The notes under the pieces were generated by a model. The model was not told where the DNA came from, searched no databases, and saw only the letters and a list, made by a program, of their open reading frames with translations. A stretch of DNA of 64,000 nucleotides from Squalus acanthias. Taxonomy: Eukaryota. Below are positions 24,263 through 37,385 of this stretch, piece by piece (the first letter of the stretch is position 1; each line of letters starts with the position of its first letter). The position numbers and the translations under genes were made by a program. The DNA lies in NCBI GenBank assembly GCA_030390025.1, contig CM059432.1:105402001-105466000 (forward strand), in the 5' to 3' direction.

Positions 24263-24445
24263 AATGGCTCAACAGGACAGGGAAAGGGCACCCAAGGTCT
24301 CACACGCAGCACTCCAGCTTTGTGCAGGGGGTCAACACTGGAAGCGAGGTCCTCTACCCGCAGGGGGCCAGGAGCACACCCCCTCAGGACCTGACTCCAG
24401 TGCCCAAAGAAGTTTCATGACCTCAGACGAGTGGTCAAGGTCAGT
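24263..24445 (+). pseudogene. Harbinger Myb/SANT exon-1 fragment
   Basis: MAQQDRERAPKVSHAAL...AGAAGTTTCATGACCTCAGACGAGTGGTCAAG|GT, homologous to 7752-7982 with deletions. Confidence 0.7.
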
Positions 24446-24469
24446 GAATGCATCGTCAAAAGCCATTTT

Positions 24470-24775
24470 GATGATAAACTGAGGCCCCATCTGCCCTCTC
24501 AGATGGCTATAAAAGATCCCGTGGCATTATTTTGATGAAGAATAGGGGAGTTCTCCCCTTGTCCTGGCCAATATTTATCTCTCAGTCAACATCACTAGAA
24601 CAGATTACCTGTTCATTAGCACATTGATGTTTGTGGGGCCTTGTTGTGCGTAAATTGGTTGTTGTGTTTCCTACATTACAACAGTGACCACACTTCAAAA
24701 GTACTTAATTGGCTGTAAATTATTTTGGGACATCCTGAGGTTATGAAAGATGTTATATAAATGCAAGTCTTTATT
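24470..24775 (+). mobile_element. SINE 3' part
   Basis: Reverse-complement match to 1295-1620; ends TATATAAATGCAAGTCTT. Confidence 0.75.
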
Positions 24776-25019
24776 TTCTCTGTGTAAAAAAGGGTCGCAT
24801 TTATTTCCAACACCAGATTTCTGATTGGTTCCCTTGGAGGACAAGACACACTCAGCAGTTTCTCTGGAATGTGTAATTAGATCCTGCTTGCCTGAGTAAT
24901 CAATTACTTTGCAAAGTGTAATTCGAGCCATTCTGACTACCAGGCTCCAGACAGAACAGAGCTCACTTGGAACAGCCAGGGCTCACCCTCGTGGGTTGAG
25001 ACCTTCTCTCACCCCCGCA

Positions 25020-25305
25020 AACAGGTTCCTCCACCGCAACAACTTTCTAATCTTCCTCCCACCCCCATGAGTTTCTGACCTTTTCCCTCCCCGCAAGATC
25101 CTGACCTTTACCCCCTGCCCAGGTTCCTCCCCCACCCAGGTTCCTGACCTTCTTCTCCTGTCCAAGTTCCTCCCCCCCAGATTCCTGGCCTTCTCCCCCT
25201 GCCCAAGATCCTCTCCCGCCAGGTTCTGATCTTCTCCCCCTGCCCAAGTTCCTCCCCGCCCTGCCAGGTTCCTGGCCTTCTCCCCCCAACAAGTTCCTGA
25301 CATCC
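25020..25305. repeat. Degenerate C-rich minisatellite (about 18/37-bp units)
   Basis: Repeated GTTCCTGACCTTCTCCCCC(TG)CCCAAG motifs. Confidence 0.75.
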
Positions 25306-25654
25306 CCCGCCCCCCCCCCCCCACCCACATAGATGGGGCATTGTGTGTGGGTCACGGATTGTTAACAGGTTTATTGGGTATGAAGTGAATAGTGACAGTG
25401 TCATGACTTCCGGATTTCGTCCAGTTCAATGATGTCACTTGCCACACACACACCGAGCTTTCCGAGAAATCAACCAGGTCCAGGGGGAGGAGAGGGAGAA
25501 TGCGGTACGGGTGTAAAAGGGGTGGTGTTGGAAGAACGTGATCCATCTTACCATCTGGATCACGTTCTCGCTCTTATCCCTCTCCCTATAGACCTGGATC
25601 ACATTCTTCCCCCATCCCCACAGTGCTCTCCGTGCTCTTTACCACGCCCCTGAG

Positions 25655-25915
25655 TTCCTGACCTCCTCTCCCCTCCCCTCCGATCCTCTCTCCCCCTCCG
25701 ATACCCTCCTCTCTCTCTCTTCTCCCCCTCCTCTCCCCTCCTCTCTCTCTCTTCTCCCCCTCCTCTCTCTCTCTCCCCCTCCTCTCCCCTCCTCTCTCTC
25801 TCTTCTCCCCCTCCTCTCTCTCTCTCCCCCTCCGATTCCCTCTCTCTCTCCCCCTCCGATCCCCTCTCTCTCCCCCCTCTGATCCCCTCTATCTCTCCCC
25901 TTTCGTTCCTCACCC
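25655..25915. repeat. Polypyrimidine (CT-rich) tract
   Basis: About 260 nt almost entirely C/T, with repeated CTCTCTCTCTTCTCCCCCTC units. Confidence 0.9.
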
Positions 25916-26020
25916 CCCGCGCCACCCCCCGGCCAGCACAGATCCAGTGACAGGCCTTCTCCGCACGGAGCCGAGGAAAGTGTGGCACACTACAAGCTGC
26001 GGAGATGCCAGTGTTGGACT

Positions 26021-26245
26021 GTTATAGATAGAGAACAATGCATGTGTAACTTACAAAGGCAGACGACTACATTTAAATCATCCTGACTGTTTATCTGCCG
26101 AGGTGTGACAAAAGGCAATCAGGTCAGCCAGGAAGGTACCACATCAAAGACATAGCAAGATACAACTGAGACAATGAGGTGGAGTTACAGGGGGTCCAAT
26201 GTGTCAAAGGCGCAGTCTGTATGGGAAACGATAAACTTTAAATTT
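26021..26245 (-). mobile_element. Penelope 3' UTR fragment
   Basis: Reverse complement of about 80-290; flanked by the 14-bp direct repeat ACACTACAAGCTGC (25987, 26261). Confidence 0.7.
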
Positions 26246-26733
26246 TTTTACTTTAGTCCAACACTACAAGCTGCAACTGTTGGGTACTGCGCATGCGCGG
26301 CCGCGGTAAACAGCGCGCATGCGTAGAAGGGGATCAGGTGCACGAGCACAGCTTCGGGATAGAGCGCACATGCGCAGAAGGCCGCAAAAATGTTTGTGTA
26401 GATGATCACAGCGGTAAAAAAGGTTTCTCCTGCTCTCTGTCCCTTTCTGTTCCTAATTCTTATGTTCTGATGTTTCCCTGTGTGCAACCTTTCCCTTGCT
26501 CCAGTGGCATTTCCCCTTTTCAAGCTCACCCCTATCCTTCGCCTTCTTATATCTCTCTCCCATGCCACTCCCAAGATAGCTGTAAGACCCCGATTGCAAT
26601 TTTCAGATACAAATGGGTGGAGTGTGCACCGTGCACACTCGGCCCAATTGTAGCAGGCATTGAACGACCTAATCAGTGGTCCTCAATGGGCCCACTGGAG
26701 GCCATGCAAAAAGAACCAACATGAAAACATTTA

Positions 26734-27467
26734 GGGGGAAAAATTCGGTTGCTTTGCGCCTCCTGTTAGCGCCCTAAGAGAGCGCTAACGGGGCGCAAAG
26801 CAACTAGCGCGCGGGCATGGCGCCACCAACGCCTCCCACGAAATTCAGTTGGAAGTTAGCGGCGGCGCAACCGTTAGCGCCCCGCGGCGCTGCACCGCCA
26901 GCAATGACGTAATCGCCGTGCGCAGCGTTCCGCTCACGCCCCGGCCGCGATCTTCGGTAGCGCCCCCTGACTTACCACTGGACGCTATGTCCAACGGGGT
27001 CAGGTGAGCCTACCTGCGGCCGGGCCGGCGCTATTTAAAGGCGAGGTGTGGGGCGGTCATTTTTGTTGCTGGCCGCCTGCCAGCACCTGTCTCCGCTGCC
27101 GTCCCCGGCCTCCTGACCCGCCCCCCCCCCGTGGCGTGCCGGCTGTGCTCCATGAGCCCGGCACTTCTCCTGAGTGCCGGGCTCTTTTGCCGGCATTCCG
27201 ATCCCTGGTGGCCCAGCTGGGCCCTGGGTCGAGCTGCGCAAGGCCCCTCCCCTTTAAGAAGGGGAGGAAGTCCTGCAATACCGCGACACGTAGCGCTGCA
27301 ATAGTCCCTCGCAGTGCCTCAAGAGGGAGGCGGGGCACTTTCAGTAGCGCCCCGCTTCCCTCTTGGGGTGCTACTACTCAATTTTGGCCGTGGGGGCGCT
27401 AATTTTTCCGGGGCGCTAACCCGGCGAAGTTAGTGCCCCAAAGGGGGCACGACTCAATTTTTCCCCC
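26734..27467. mobile_element. MITE family A, complete copy
   Basis: TTA|GGGGGAAAAATT...AATTTTTCCCCC|GTA; colinear with 18348-19081. Confidence 0.9.
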
Positions 27468-28024
27468 GTAAAATTTTTATTTTTGTGGGGCCAGGAGGAG
27501 CAGGAGGGCCCACAAAAAAATCTCTGGCCTGTTGATGGCCTGTGCGACAACCCCCCACCCCATCCCACCCCAGATTTCCTCCCTCCCCACCTCCCCTGCC
27601 TCCCCCACTTCCCCAGCCCTACCTTTCAGCCTGCTCAGCATGGGAGCAGCTGATTTCCTGCCATCTTATCGTTTGTCTCTCTTACTGGCTTAGGATAAAT
27701 ACCATCCATTAATGGCCATTATTTGTCTTGGCCATATTAGCTTATTGAAGACATCCAACTCATTTCATGCTGAAGTTGTCTACTTGGATTATCATCTGTT
27801 TTGGAGGGATGCTACTCGGGTCTTCAAAAATGACTAATTGGAGTAAGTAATCATTTAATATATTACATTCATGCACCATTTCAGCACTATTAGCATATTT
27901 TAAGCTTCTCGCCTCTTCTTTGATTGTCCTCTTACTGTTGGAGGATTGAAAGAATTTCACAATGTTGTGTTTTGCACCTACAGCTATATTAAGTTCCTCA
28001 GTGTCCCTCTGACTACCCTTTAGC

Positions 28025-29630
28025 AGTCCCTGCCATTTCCTTGTTTCCCATTATTATTTCCCCAGTCTCATCCTCTTAGGGACCAATATTTACTCTAGCT
28101 ACTCTCTTACTTTTTATATACTTGTAGAAGCTCTTACTGTCTCTTTTTATATTTCTTGCTCGATTACTCTCATAATCAATTTTCTCCTTCTTTATTATAT
28201 TTTTAGTCATCCTTTACAAGTTTCTTAAAATTTCCCAATCTTCTGGGCTACCACTAATCTTCGCAACATTGTATGCCTTTTCTTTCAATTTGACACCTCC
28301 TTAACTTCCTTAGTTAGCCATGGATGGTTCATCCTTCTCATAGTCTTTCTTTCTCACTGGAATATATCTTTGTTGAGAGTTATGAAATATCTCCTTAGAA
28401 GTCTACCACTGTTTATCTACTGTCTTACCCTTTAATCTATTTTCCCAGTCTGATTTAGCCAACTCTGTCTTCATACCCTTGTAATTGCCTTTATTTAAGT
28501 TTAAGACACCAGTTTCAGACCCAAGTTTCTCACCCTCAAACTGAATGTGAAATTCTATCATGTTATGATCACTCTTCCCTAGAAGATCCTTCACTATGAG
28601 GTCATTAATTAATCCTGTCTCATTAAACATTACCAGATCTAAAATAGCCTGTTCCCTGGTTGGTTCCACAATGTATTGCTCTAAGAAACTGTCCTGAATA
28701 CACTCTATGAACTCGTCCTCAAGGCTACCTTTGCCAATTTGATTTGTCTAATCTATATGAAGATTAAAATCACCCACGATTATTGCAGTACCTTTCTTAC
28801 AAGCCCCCATTATTTCTTGATTTATACTCTGTCCCACAGTGCAGCTACTGTTAGGGGGCCTATAGACTACTCCCACCAGTGACTTCTTTCCCTTATGATT
28901 TCTTATCTCCAGCCAAACTGATTCTACATCTTGATCTTCTAAGCCAAGATCATTTCTCACTACTGTACTGATCTCATCCTTTATTAACAGAGCTATCCCA
29001 CCAACATTTCCTTTCTGCCTATCCTTCCAAAATGTTAAATACCCCTGAATATTCATTTCCCAGCCTTGGCCATCTTGCAACCACGACTCTGTAATGGCTA
29101 TCAGATCATACCCATTTATTTCTATTTGTGCCGTCAATTCATCTATCTTGTTATGAATGCTGCGTGCATTCAGATAAAGAGCCTTTAATTTTGTCTTTTT
29201 ACCATTTTTCCCTACTCTAACCCTATTTGCTGATGCACTCTTATGCTTGTACGCTCTGTCCCTTCCTGTCACACTCTGGTTATCATTACCCCTATCGCTA
29301 ACCTACACTATTGCCTTGTCCTTTCTTTTTAACTATCTAAGTTTCCCCTCACCTGAACCCTCCCCCTCCACTATTTAGTTTAAAGCTCTATCTACAGCCC
29401 TAGTTATTTGATTCGCCAGGACACTGGTCCCAGCATGGTTCAAGTGAAGCCCGTCCCAATGGAACAGCTCCCTCTTTCCCCAGTACTGGTGGCAGTGCCC
29501 CATGAATCAAAACCCATTTCTCCCACATGAATCCTTGAGCCACGCATTCATCTCTCTGATCTTATTGAACCTATGCCAATTTGCTCGCGGCTCAGGTAGT
29601 AATCCATAGATTATTACCTTTGTGGTTCTG
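28025..29630 (-). mobile_element. CR1 fragment (ORF1 end + endonuclease)
   Basis: LYLNARS, ITESWL, YRPPNS, GDFN, PTREQAILDLV, SDHN. Confidence 0.9.
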
Positions 29631-29697
29631 GATCTTTGTTCCTCTTTATGATAGGTTGTGCCAACTTTAAGCCTAAAATCAGACAATCTAAGCTATT

Positions 29698-30441
29698 GGG
29701 CCGAAACTTGATCCCGGGACGCGAGAGTACGCACTGCATACTCTCGCGTATTCCCACTCCAATTGCCGGTTTTCTGCATGCCCTGCGCATGCGCTGAAAA
29801 CCGGCAATTGCTCTTCCGAAAAGGGGGCGGGGCCGGAGTGCATCGCGTGCGCGCTACAGGCTGCGCGCACGCTGTGCACTTCATGCTTTGGACGCGCAGG
29901 TAAGTACTGAAGATTTTGGAAATGTAAAAAGGAGGAGTAAGACCCGCTTTTAAGAAGGTAAGTAGTGAATTAAGTATTTTTTTGAATTTTTTTTTACAGG
30001 TATATCTTTTTTATAGACTTTAAAGACAGGTAAGTTTATTTTTATAACTTTTTAAAAGGTTTTAAATTTTTTCAAAAATTTAATTTTTTATTTAAAATGG
30101 TTAATTTAATTAACTATACTTATTTTATTAATGTGATGGGTTTTTTTTTAAATTTAATTGAGGTTTAGCTGTTATTTTGGGGGGGTGTAAGATTCATAAG
30201 TCTCTCAGCCATGCTGTGAGACTTATGAATGGAAGATGGTGTGCTGCCATTGGCTCTAACTGAGTCACGTGATCCCACAGCTCGCACGAATTAACTACGC
30301 CGCTGGGTTACGCAAGCCCAGCACAGCTGATGTCTGGAACATCAATTTCGTGCGAGCTGGATCAGAAAAAGCATAAGCGAGGTGAGACATCGCGGGAAAG
30401 GCTTACCCCCGCGGGAACAGAGCGAGATCAATTTCTGGGCC
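29698..30441. mobile_element. MITE family B, second copy (inverted)
   Basis: GGGCCGAAACTT...AATTTCTGGGCC; reverse-complement homology to 14257-14998. Confidence 0.8.
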
Positions 30442-30624
30442 AGAGTGTTTAACAGTCAAATAATGTAAGAATCAAGGATCATCCAGGACAAGTTTGGTAC
30501 TTTCCAAAGGAAATTCAAGTAATAAATGGAAAAGCTAAATATTGACACAACCTTTTTAGACAGGTGGGGGAATTCTGAGTGTATAAGAACTGAAACAAAG
30601 TGTTTAATGTTTTGTGCTTTTTAA

Positions 30625-31697
30625 ATTCCAATTCGATTCACTCTGTGATCTCAAGAAACAGCTGAGCGCACTGGATACAGCAAAGGCTATGGGCCCCGAC
30701 AACAACCTGGCTGTCGTGCTGAAGACTTGTGCTCCAGAACTAGCCGCGCCTCTAGCCAAGCTGTTCCAGTGCAGCTACAACACTGGCATCTACCCGACAA
30801 TGTGGAAAACTGCCCAGGTATGTCCTATCCACGATAAGGAAGACAAATCCAATCCAGCCAATTACCGTCCCATGCAACAAGACCTGGACGACATTCAGGC
30901 TTGGGTTGATAAGTGGCAAGTAACATTTGCGCCACACAAGTGCCAGGCAATGACTATCTCCAACAAGAGAGAGTCTAACCACCACCTCTTGACATTACCA
31001 TCGCCGAATCCCCCAGCATCAACATCCTGGGAGTCACCATTGACCAGAAACTTAACTGGACCAGCCACATAAATACTGTGGCTACAAGAGCAGATCAGAG
31101 GCTGGTTATTCTGCATCAAGTGACTCACTTCCTGACTCCCCAAAGCCTTTTCACCATCTACAAGGAACAAGTCAGGAGTGTGATGGAATACTCTCCACTT
31201 GCCTGGGTGAGTGCAGCTCCAACAACACACAAGAAGCTCAACACCATCCAGGACAAAGCAGCCCGCTTGATTGGCACCCCATCCACCACCTTAAACAGTC
31301 ACTCACTCCACCACCGGCGTACCATGGCTGCAGTGTGTACCATCTACAAGATGCACTGCTGCAACTCGCCAAGGCTTCTTCGGCAGCACCTCCCAAACCA
31401 GCGACCTCTTCCACCTAGAAGGACAAGGGCAGCAGACGCATGGGAACACCATCACCTCCAAGTTCCCCTCCAAGTCACACACCATCCTAACTTGGAAATA
31501 TATTGCCGTTCCTTCATTGTCGCTAGGTCAAAATCCTGGAACTCCCTCCCTAACAGCACTGTGTGGATACCTTCTCCACAGGGACTGCAGCGGTTCAAGA
31601 AGGCGGCTCACCACCACCTTCTCAAGGGCAATTAGGGATGGGCAATAAATGCTGGCCTTGCCAGAGACAGCCAGATCCCAGCAACGAATAAAAAAAG
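30625..31697 (+). mobile_element. CR1-clade family B fragment with internal RT deletion
   Basis: KAMGPD...NPANYRP joined to MQQDLDDIQAW; 3' end HHHLLKGN. Confidence 0.88.
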
Positions 31698-32099
31698 TGA
31701 ACATGTTTGGGCCTGTCAACCTGCACCCCTGCATAAGCATTGTTAGTGGTGGCTGGAAATGCCCATGTCTGTGTGAAAAGTTGACAAGTGGCAACTATCA
31801 ATATTCCATCTTCCTAAGACCAGAATTTATTTGCAGGTTGGCAAGAGCCAAGGCTTAAGGATCCACGAGTGTGCAACGTTATCTTATGGACATTTTTTGC
31901 TAAGAATGTACACTTTATCAACAAAGAACATTGGTAACCTTTTCCCTAGGGCCACTCTACCTAATGGGTTATCTGGGTTATCTGTAGCGCAACAGAAAAA
32001 CAACAGCCTAATGAGGTCTCACCTCTCCTCTCAAAAATCCGTTCTGTCGATACGCACTGTGACATATACTGATCAAAAAAGCTGTTGTTTTACATGATT

Positions 32100-34555
32100 G
32101 GTGCGTGCAGCAAGCTGTCTCCGCGCTTTTCTAGGCAGCACACGTCAGCAGGGGGTCCGATATCACGGATGGCTAGTGCCACTTAAAGGCAACCTGCACC
32201 TCTTAATGGGGAGGTGCATTCCGGCTGCAAGAAGTAATGGGAGTCCTTTGTGAACTGAATCTGTGCTGTAAAAGATTGAAGAATGGCTGAACATGCGAGA
32301 GAGCGTACACCAAGTTTTTCCGATAATGCACTGGAGGCCTTGGTGCAAGACGTGGCGAGAAGGAGAGACATGCCGTATGTGCAGGGTGGCAGGAGGCCCT
32401 CCAGACAGATGCTCAGGAGGCAGTGGGAAGCAGTAGCGATGGAGGTCAATGTCAGGAGTGTTGCTCCAAGGACATGGATGCCGTGCAGGAAGATGTTTAA
32501 TGATCTGACGCGAGTTGTCAAGGTGAGTGAGTTCAATCTTCAAATGGCATAGGACACGACTGCTGCCAACAAAGTTGAAGTAGTTACACATGCACAGTTT
32601 CAGTGTTTTCTCGGTTGTTCACTAAATGAAAAGAAAATATTGACGCCATTACAAAGAAAAGACTTCCAGAGAGAAAGGAGGGGAGGGAGTGGTGAAAAGA
32701 GATCGCTACTGTCGAACAGAGTCACATCAGGAAAAAAAAATCTGCACCAGCTAAACACAGTAAACGTCTATTTTAATTAATTTTATAATTTTTATTAATT
32801 TTCTTCTACTTTCCCTTCACACGGAGCTTGCGCTCCATGAAAATATATTTCCACAACCCTCCCCCCGTGAAAATATCACGGATTAATACTTAAACCAACC
32901 CGCGTTATTATTATACATTATTAGACCAAGCCATAGCTCCATAGATTCCATAGATGTAGGCATGTGATATGACTATATTATTATACATTCATACTTAAAC
33001 CACCACAGATTTATGCACAGAACGCTTCTGCGCAGCTTCTGGTCATTGGCAGCAGCTTCCGGTTCGTTGGCAGCAGTCACTCCGAATGGCATATCCTACC
33101 ACCTGTAGCACCAGCCTCATCCACTGCTCAATTCACTGCACCCCCATCACCCATCTACCAACAATCTCCATCAATCAGTATTCAACCCTTCAATTCATAT
33201 GCTTTACCTCACCCTCACACACCTTAGCACTGTTGCAAGCTTCACATCCACAACTCACAGCTACCACACACTAGCAGCTATTCCACCATGACAACCACTC
33301 ACCCAAACATATTGCAGGACACTCACTGACACACTTCTTACTATCTCCTCTCTACTCACCACAACCCAACCCTTGTTCCTTTTTCATTTCAGATACCCAA
33401 GAACTGGAACCTTCAGAGTCAGAGGAGGAAGAGGAAGAAGACAGTGAAGATGAAGAGACACTTGTCACTCAATCTTACACTCACAGCCACCAGCTCAGAG
33501 ACTGACACTGGAAAGGATAGCGCAGGTGCCAGCTCACCGGAGGGCGATGTAGCATAATAGTTCTGCTGCAGAGGAGTCAGATGAGGGTTTTGATGGGCCA
33601 GGCTAAAGAAAAAGGCCAATTGGTGTACACAGCCAAATGCTTGGTGCACTCTAAAGCCTGCCAGAAAGCCTGTGCACAATGCCAAGGAGCATGGAGGAGT
33701 CCAGCTCCAACTTGGCACAGGGCTTTGCACAGTTTGAAAGGAGCCAGTCGCATAAAAATTAAGAGCCACTGTCACCTTGATAGCCACAAGCAATGCTGTC
33801 CTTGCCCTGCTTTAAGGCTGCAGTTGTGGCTGCAGCAGTTGACAGCTTTCATTCACGACCTCTTTTGTGAAGCCAAGATGTCTCATGCATTGGTCCTCGC
33901 CGAAGTTCAGGTAAGAGAATTGCTCCCTGAAGACCCTCGATGGACATGACCTCCTGCTGAGAGCCCTTCTCCCTCTCCTCCTCCTCCCTCTTTTAGCAAT
34001 TTGTCCTGCTCTGCATGGCCTCTACTCATTCTTGCAGATATGTTCAATTCCCAGAGGAAGCCCTACCAGGCCACCCATGTCTGGAAGCAACTTCTTTCAT
34101 TCAATATTTTATATGACAATAAAAGTACTGCAAGACCAGCCAGACCACACCCTGTATTCATACTTTAGCCAAGTATAGGAAATACGTAGAATTTCACCAG
34201 CTGTGAGAAGAAATAACCCAGCAACTAACATGTAAGTACTTTATGATCCCTTTAAGTAGCACTGCTGGGGGGTCCTTCATTCCATTTAATGTCGTGTTCA
34301 GCTGTGCAAGGTTAAGATAGGGCGTTGGCTGGAGTGTGGCGTTCAAAAATGGCAATGCTGGCGTCAACTCAGCATTGCACATTCCTTCGCATCGTCATCT
34401 CGCAGCTCTGCATGCTGCCGGCGGTTAGGCGTGCACAAGCAAATCCCTTTACCAAGATGGTGTCCAATGTGCGTGCACCTCAGACCCCATTTTCAAGTCT
34501 TATTTGGCCACGTAGCACCTAAAGAACGGGCACTACACAGACCAATCTAATCCCC
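32100..34555. mobile_element. Harbinger H3, internally deleted
   Basis: Open Myb exon 1 at 32283-32522 (FSDNALEALV...WMPCRKMFNDL); transposase N-terminus on minus strand (VAIKVTVALNFYATGSFQ); TIR-like end at 34555; left end approximate. Confidence 0.78.
32552..33084. mobile_element. Non-autonomous TIR element with 9-bp TSD (Mutator-like)
   Basis: TSD AATGGCATA at 32543-32551 and 33085-33093; inverted repeat GACTGCTGCCAAC / GTTGGCAGCAGTC; sits in the H3 intron. Confidence 0.75.
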
Positions 34556-35344
34556 GTAGTGTCATAACAAGAAACAAATCCATGCAGAAAAGTCTGTTTC
34601 AGATAGTGGATGCCAGACACGATGATGTGGAGGGGGAGGAAACCCTTCCAAATGGGGATCGATGAAGATGACCGCAGCAGTACAATGATGGAGGAATCCG
34701 TTTTTGTTCAAATAGGTATGCTTCACGGTATTTTCATCTTTATTTATTGTTGCTCAATGTGCCTATTATCACACAAAGACACAAACCCACTGATGAAAGT
34801 TTTATAAGCTGGCACACTCTGAGTGTAGCATTGCTTTTAAAAACACAGGACAGAAGGATCAAAGAGTTATAATGCAGTGATTTGCATTTTAAAAGAGCAA
34901 GTCAAAACCAAACAGTTCTCCGTATCTATACCATCAGGAATTTATTAAAATGATGCCTGCTAGAGAAGAAACTGGGGGAAATCTTGAACTTCTGCCCAAC
35001 GTGGATGTGAAGTCAGTGGAGTGACTGCTTCACCCACCTGAAGTTGGCATTGGGAGGCCTAAACCATTGGAATGTAGCCGGCAAGCTGCCGGCCTTAACA
35101 AGCACTCCGCTGCAGGTCACTGGCTGTTGGAGGGCGGGAAACTGGTCAGCTCCTATGCTGAGCCGGTTGGCAGGTAGGGCTTGAGGGAGGAACCAACCTC
35201 AGAGATAAGTGAGCATGGGCTGGCAACGGGACACAGTATTTTGTGGAGACAGAAGTAGCTCTCCTGTTCCTCCTGGCCAAACAAAACTAACAGAAATAAA
35301 GGTCTGGGGTCCTTTTATCAGGTGGCCACCAGCAGTCCTTTACT

Positions 35345-36032
35345 GACAACAGAGAAATAAAACATTTAAAACGGTGATCAATAGAGTCCAGGAGAAATAT
35401 ATCCCACTCAAAACCAAGAACAAACTAACTAGTAATGACACACCATGGATGAATAAAGAAATAAGAGCAAAATTGAAACTAAAGAAAAAGGCAAACACTA
35501 AGTACATAGACAACAAAGGAGAGGATGACAAAAGGGAATACGAAATGTTTAGGAAAGAAGTCAAAAAAGCAATTAGGAAGGCAAACTAAATTAAATCATC
35601 AAGGAATATAAAAAGAAATAGTATAGTACTCTACAGATACATAAATAACAAAGAAAAATCAGGATAGGGATCGGGCCACTAAGGGATAAACAGAATAAAC
35701 TCACGGGTAATGACAGCAAAATGGCAGAAATATTAAGTAATTACATTGCCTCGATATTTACCAGGGAGACTAACATGGTGGACATGACATTAGAAGATGA
35801 GATCAAAAAAGATTTAAAGACATTTAAGATAGAAAGGGGGGAGACAATTGATAAACTAGTCAAACTTAGAGAGGATAAAACACCTGGTCTGGATGAATTG
35901 CATCTGCGCACATTAAGTTAGGGAAGAAATACTGTGGCACTATTACATATATTACATATATATAAAAAATCATTAGAAATAGGAAAAGTGCCAAAGAACT
36001 GGCAGAGAGCTAATGTGATTCCTATATATAAA
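35345..36032 (+). mobile_element. CR1 ORF2 fragment (tether region)
   Basis: PWMNKEIR, MAEILSNYIASIFT, DKTPGLDELH. Confidence 0.8.
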
Positions 36033-36035
36033 AAG

Positions 36036-36380
36036 ATAGCACTCTCACATCTGAATGTTGTGGGTTCAAGTTTCAGTCCAGCAGTTAAGTGCATAATCTA
36101 GGACTTTGCATAAAGTGTTAAAATTAAGATTCTGTTTGCCTATTTGGGTAAACCTGAGTGATCGCATGGCAGTATTTGAAGAAGGCCAGAAAGTTATTCT
36201 GGTATCCTAGCCAGCATTCCTCCCTCCACTATCATCAAAAATATATGAACTGGTCAATTATTTCAGTGTTGTTTGTGGAACCTTGCTGCGTGCAAAATGA
36301 TTGCAGTTCGCCTGCTCAATAACACTTCAAAGCAATTTACCTCGTGAAGCATTCTGGGACATTTCTAAGCGACACGATAA
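36036..36380 (+). mobile_element. Degenerate tRNA-derived SINE
   Basis: GGTTCAAGT B-box; weak homology to the other SINE copies. Confidence 0.6.
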
Positions 36381-36394
36381 AGTTTTTAAAAATT

Positions 36395-37385
36395 TGTTTA
36401 TGGGATGTGGGCGTCGCTGGCAAGGCCAGCATTTATTGCCCATCCCTAATTGCCCTTGAGAAGGTGGTGAGCTGCCTTCTTGAACCGCTGCAGTCCGTGT
36501 GGTGAAGGTACTACCACAGTGCTGTTAGGTAGGGAGTTCCAGGATTTTGACCCAATGACGATGAAGGATCAGCGATATACTTCTAAGTCAGGATGGTGTG
36601 AGACTTGGAGGGGAACTTGGAGGTGGGGGTGTTCCCATGCGTCTGCTGCCCTTGTCCTTCTAGGTGGAAGAGGCCGCGGGTTTGAGAGGTGCTGCTGAAG
36701 AAGCCTTGGTGAGTTGCTGCAGTGCATCTTATAGATGGTACACACTGCAGCCACGGTATGCCGGTGGTGGAGGGAGTGAATGTTTAAGGTGGTGGATGGG
36801 GTGCCAATCAAGCGGGCTGCTTTGTCCTGGATGGTGTCGAGCTTCTCGAGTGTTGTTGGAGCTGCACCCATCCAGGCAAGGGGAGAGCATTCCATCGCAC
36901 TCCTTACTTGTGCCTTGTAGATGGTGGAAAGGCTTTGGGGAGTCAGGAGGTGAGGCACTCGCCACAGAATACCTAGCCTCTGACCTGCTCTTGTTGCCAC
37001 AGTATTTATGTGGCTGGTCCAGTTAAGTTTCTGGTCAATGGTGACCCCCAGGATGTTGATGGTGGGGTATTCAGCGATGGTAATGCCATTGAATGTCACG
37101 GGGCGGTGGTTAGACTCTCGCTTGTTGGAGATAGTCATTGCCTGGCACTTCTGTGGCGCGAATGTTACCTGACAATAATCAGCCCAAGCCTGAACGTCGT
37201 CCAGGTCTTGTTGCATGTGGGCATGGACTACTTCATTATCTGAGGAGTTGTAAATGGCGCTGAACACTGTGCAATCATCAGTGATCATCCCCATTTCTGA
37301 TCTTATGTTGGAGGGAAGGTCATTGATGAAGCAGCTGAAGATGGTTGGGCCTAGGACATTGCCTTGAGGAACTCCTGCAGCGATG
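36395..37385 (-). mobile_element. CR1-clade family B 3' part
   Basis: ORF 36569-37294 plus the shared 3' end. Confidence 0.88.

Noticed and set aside
25020..25305. CRISPR-like array
   Set aside because: Degenerate tandem units without unique spacers, in a eukaryotic context.
25599..25988. Glu/Arg/Gly-rich ORF
   Set aside because: Translation of the CT microsatellite.
27760..27980. Minus-strand host exon
   Set aside because: ILNDYL...IFED resembles a decayed CR1 ORF2 segment; no other support.
34603..34716. AG...GT bounded coding exon
   Set aside because: Stops in all three frames from the acceptor.
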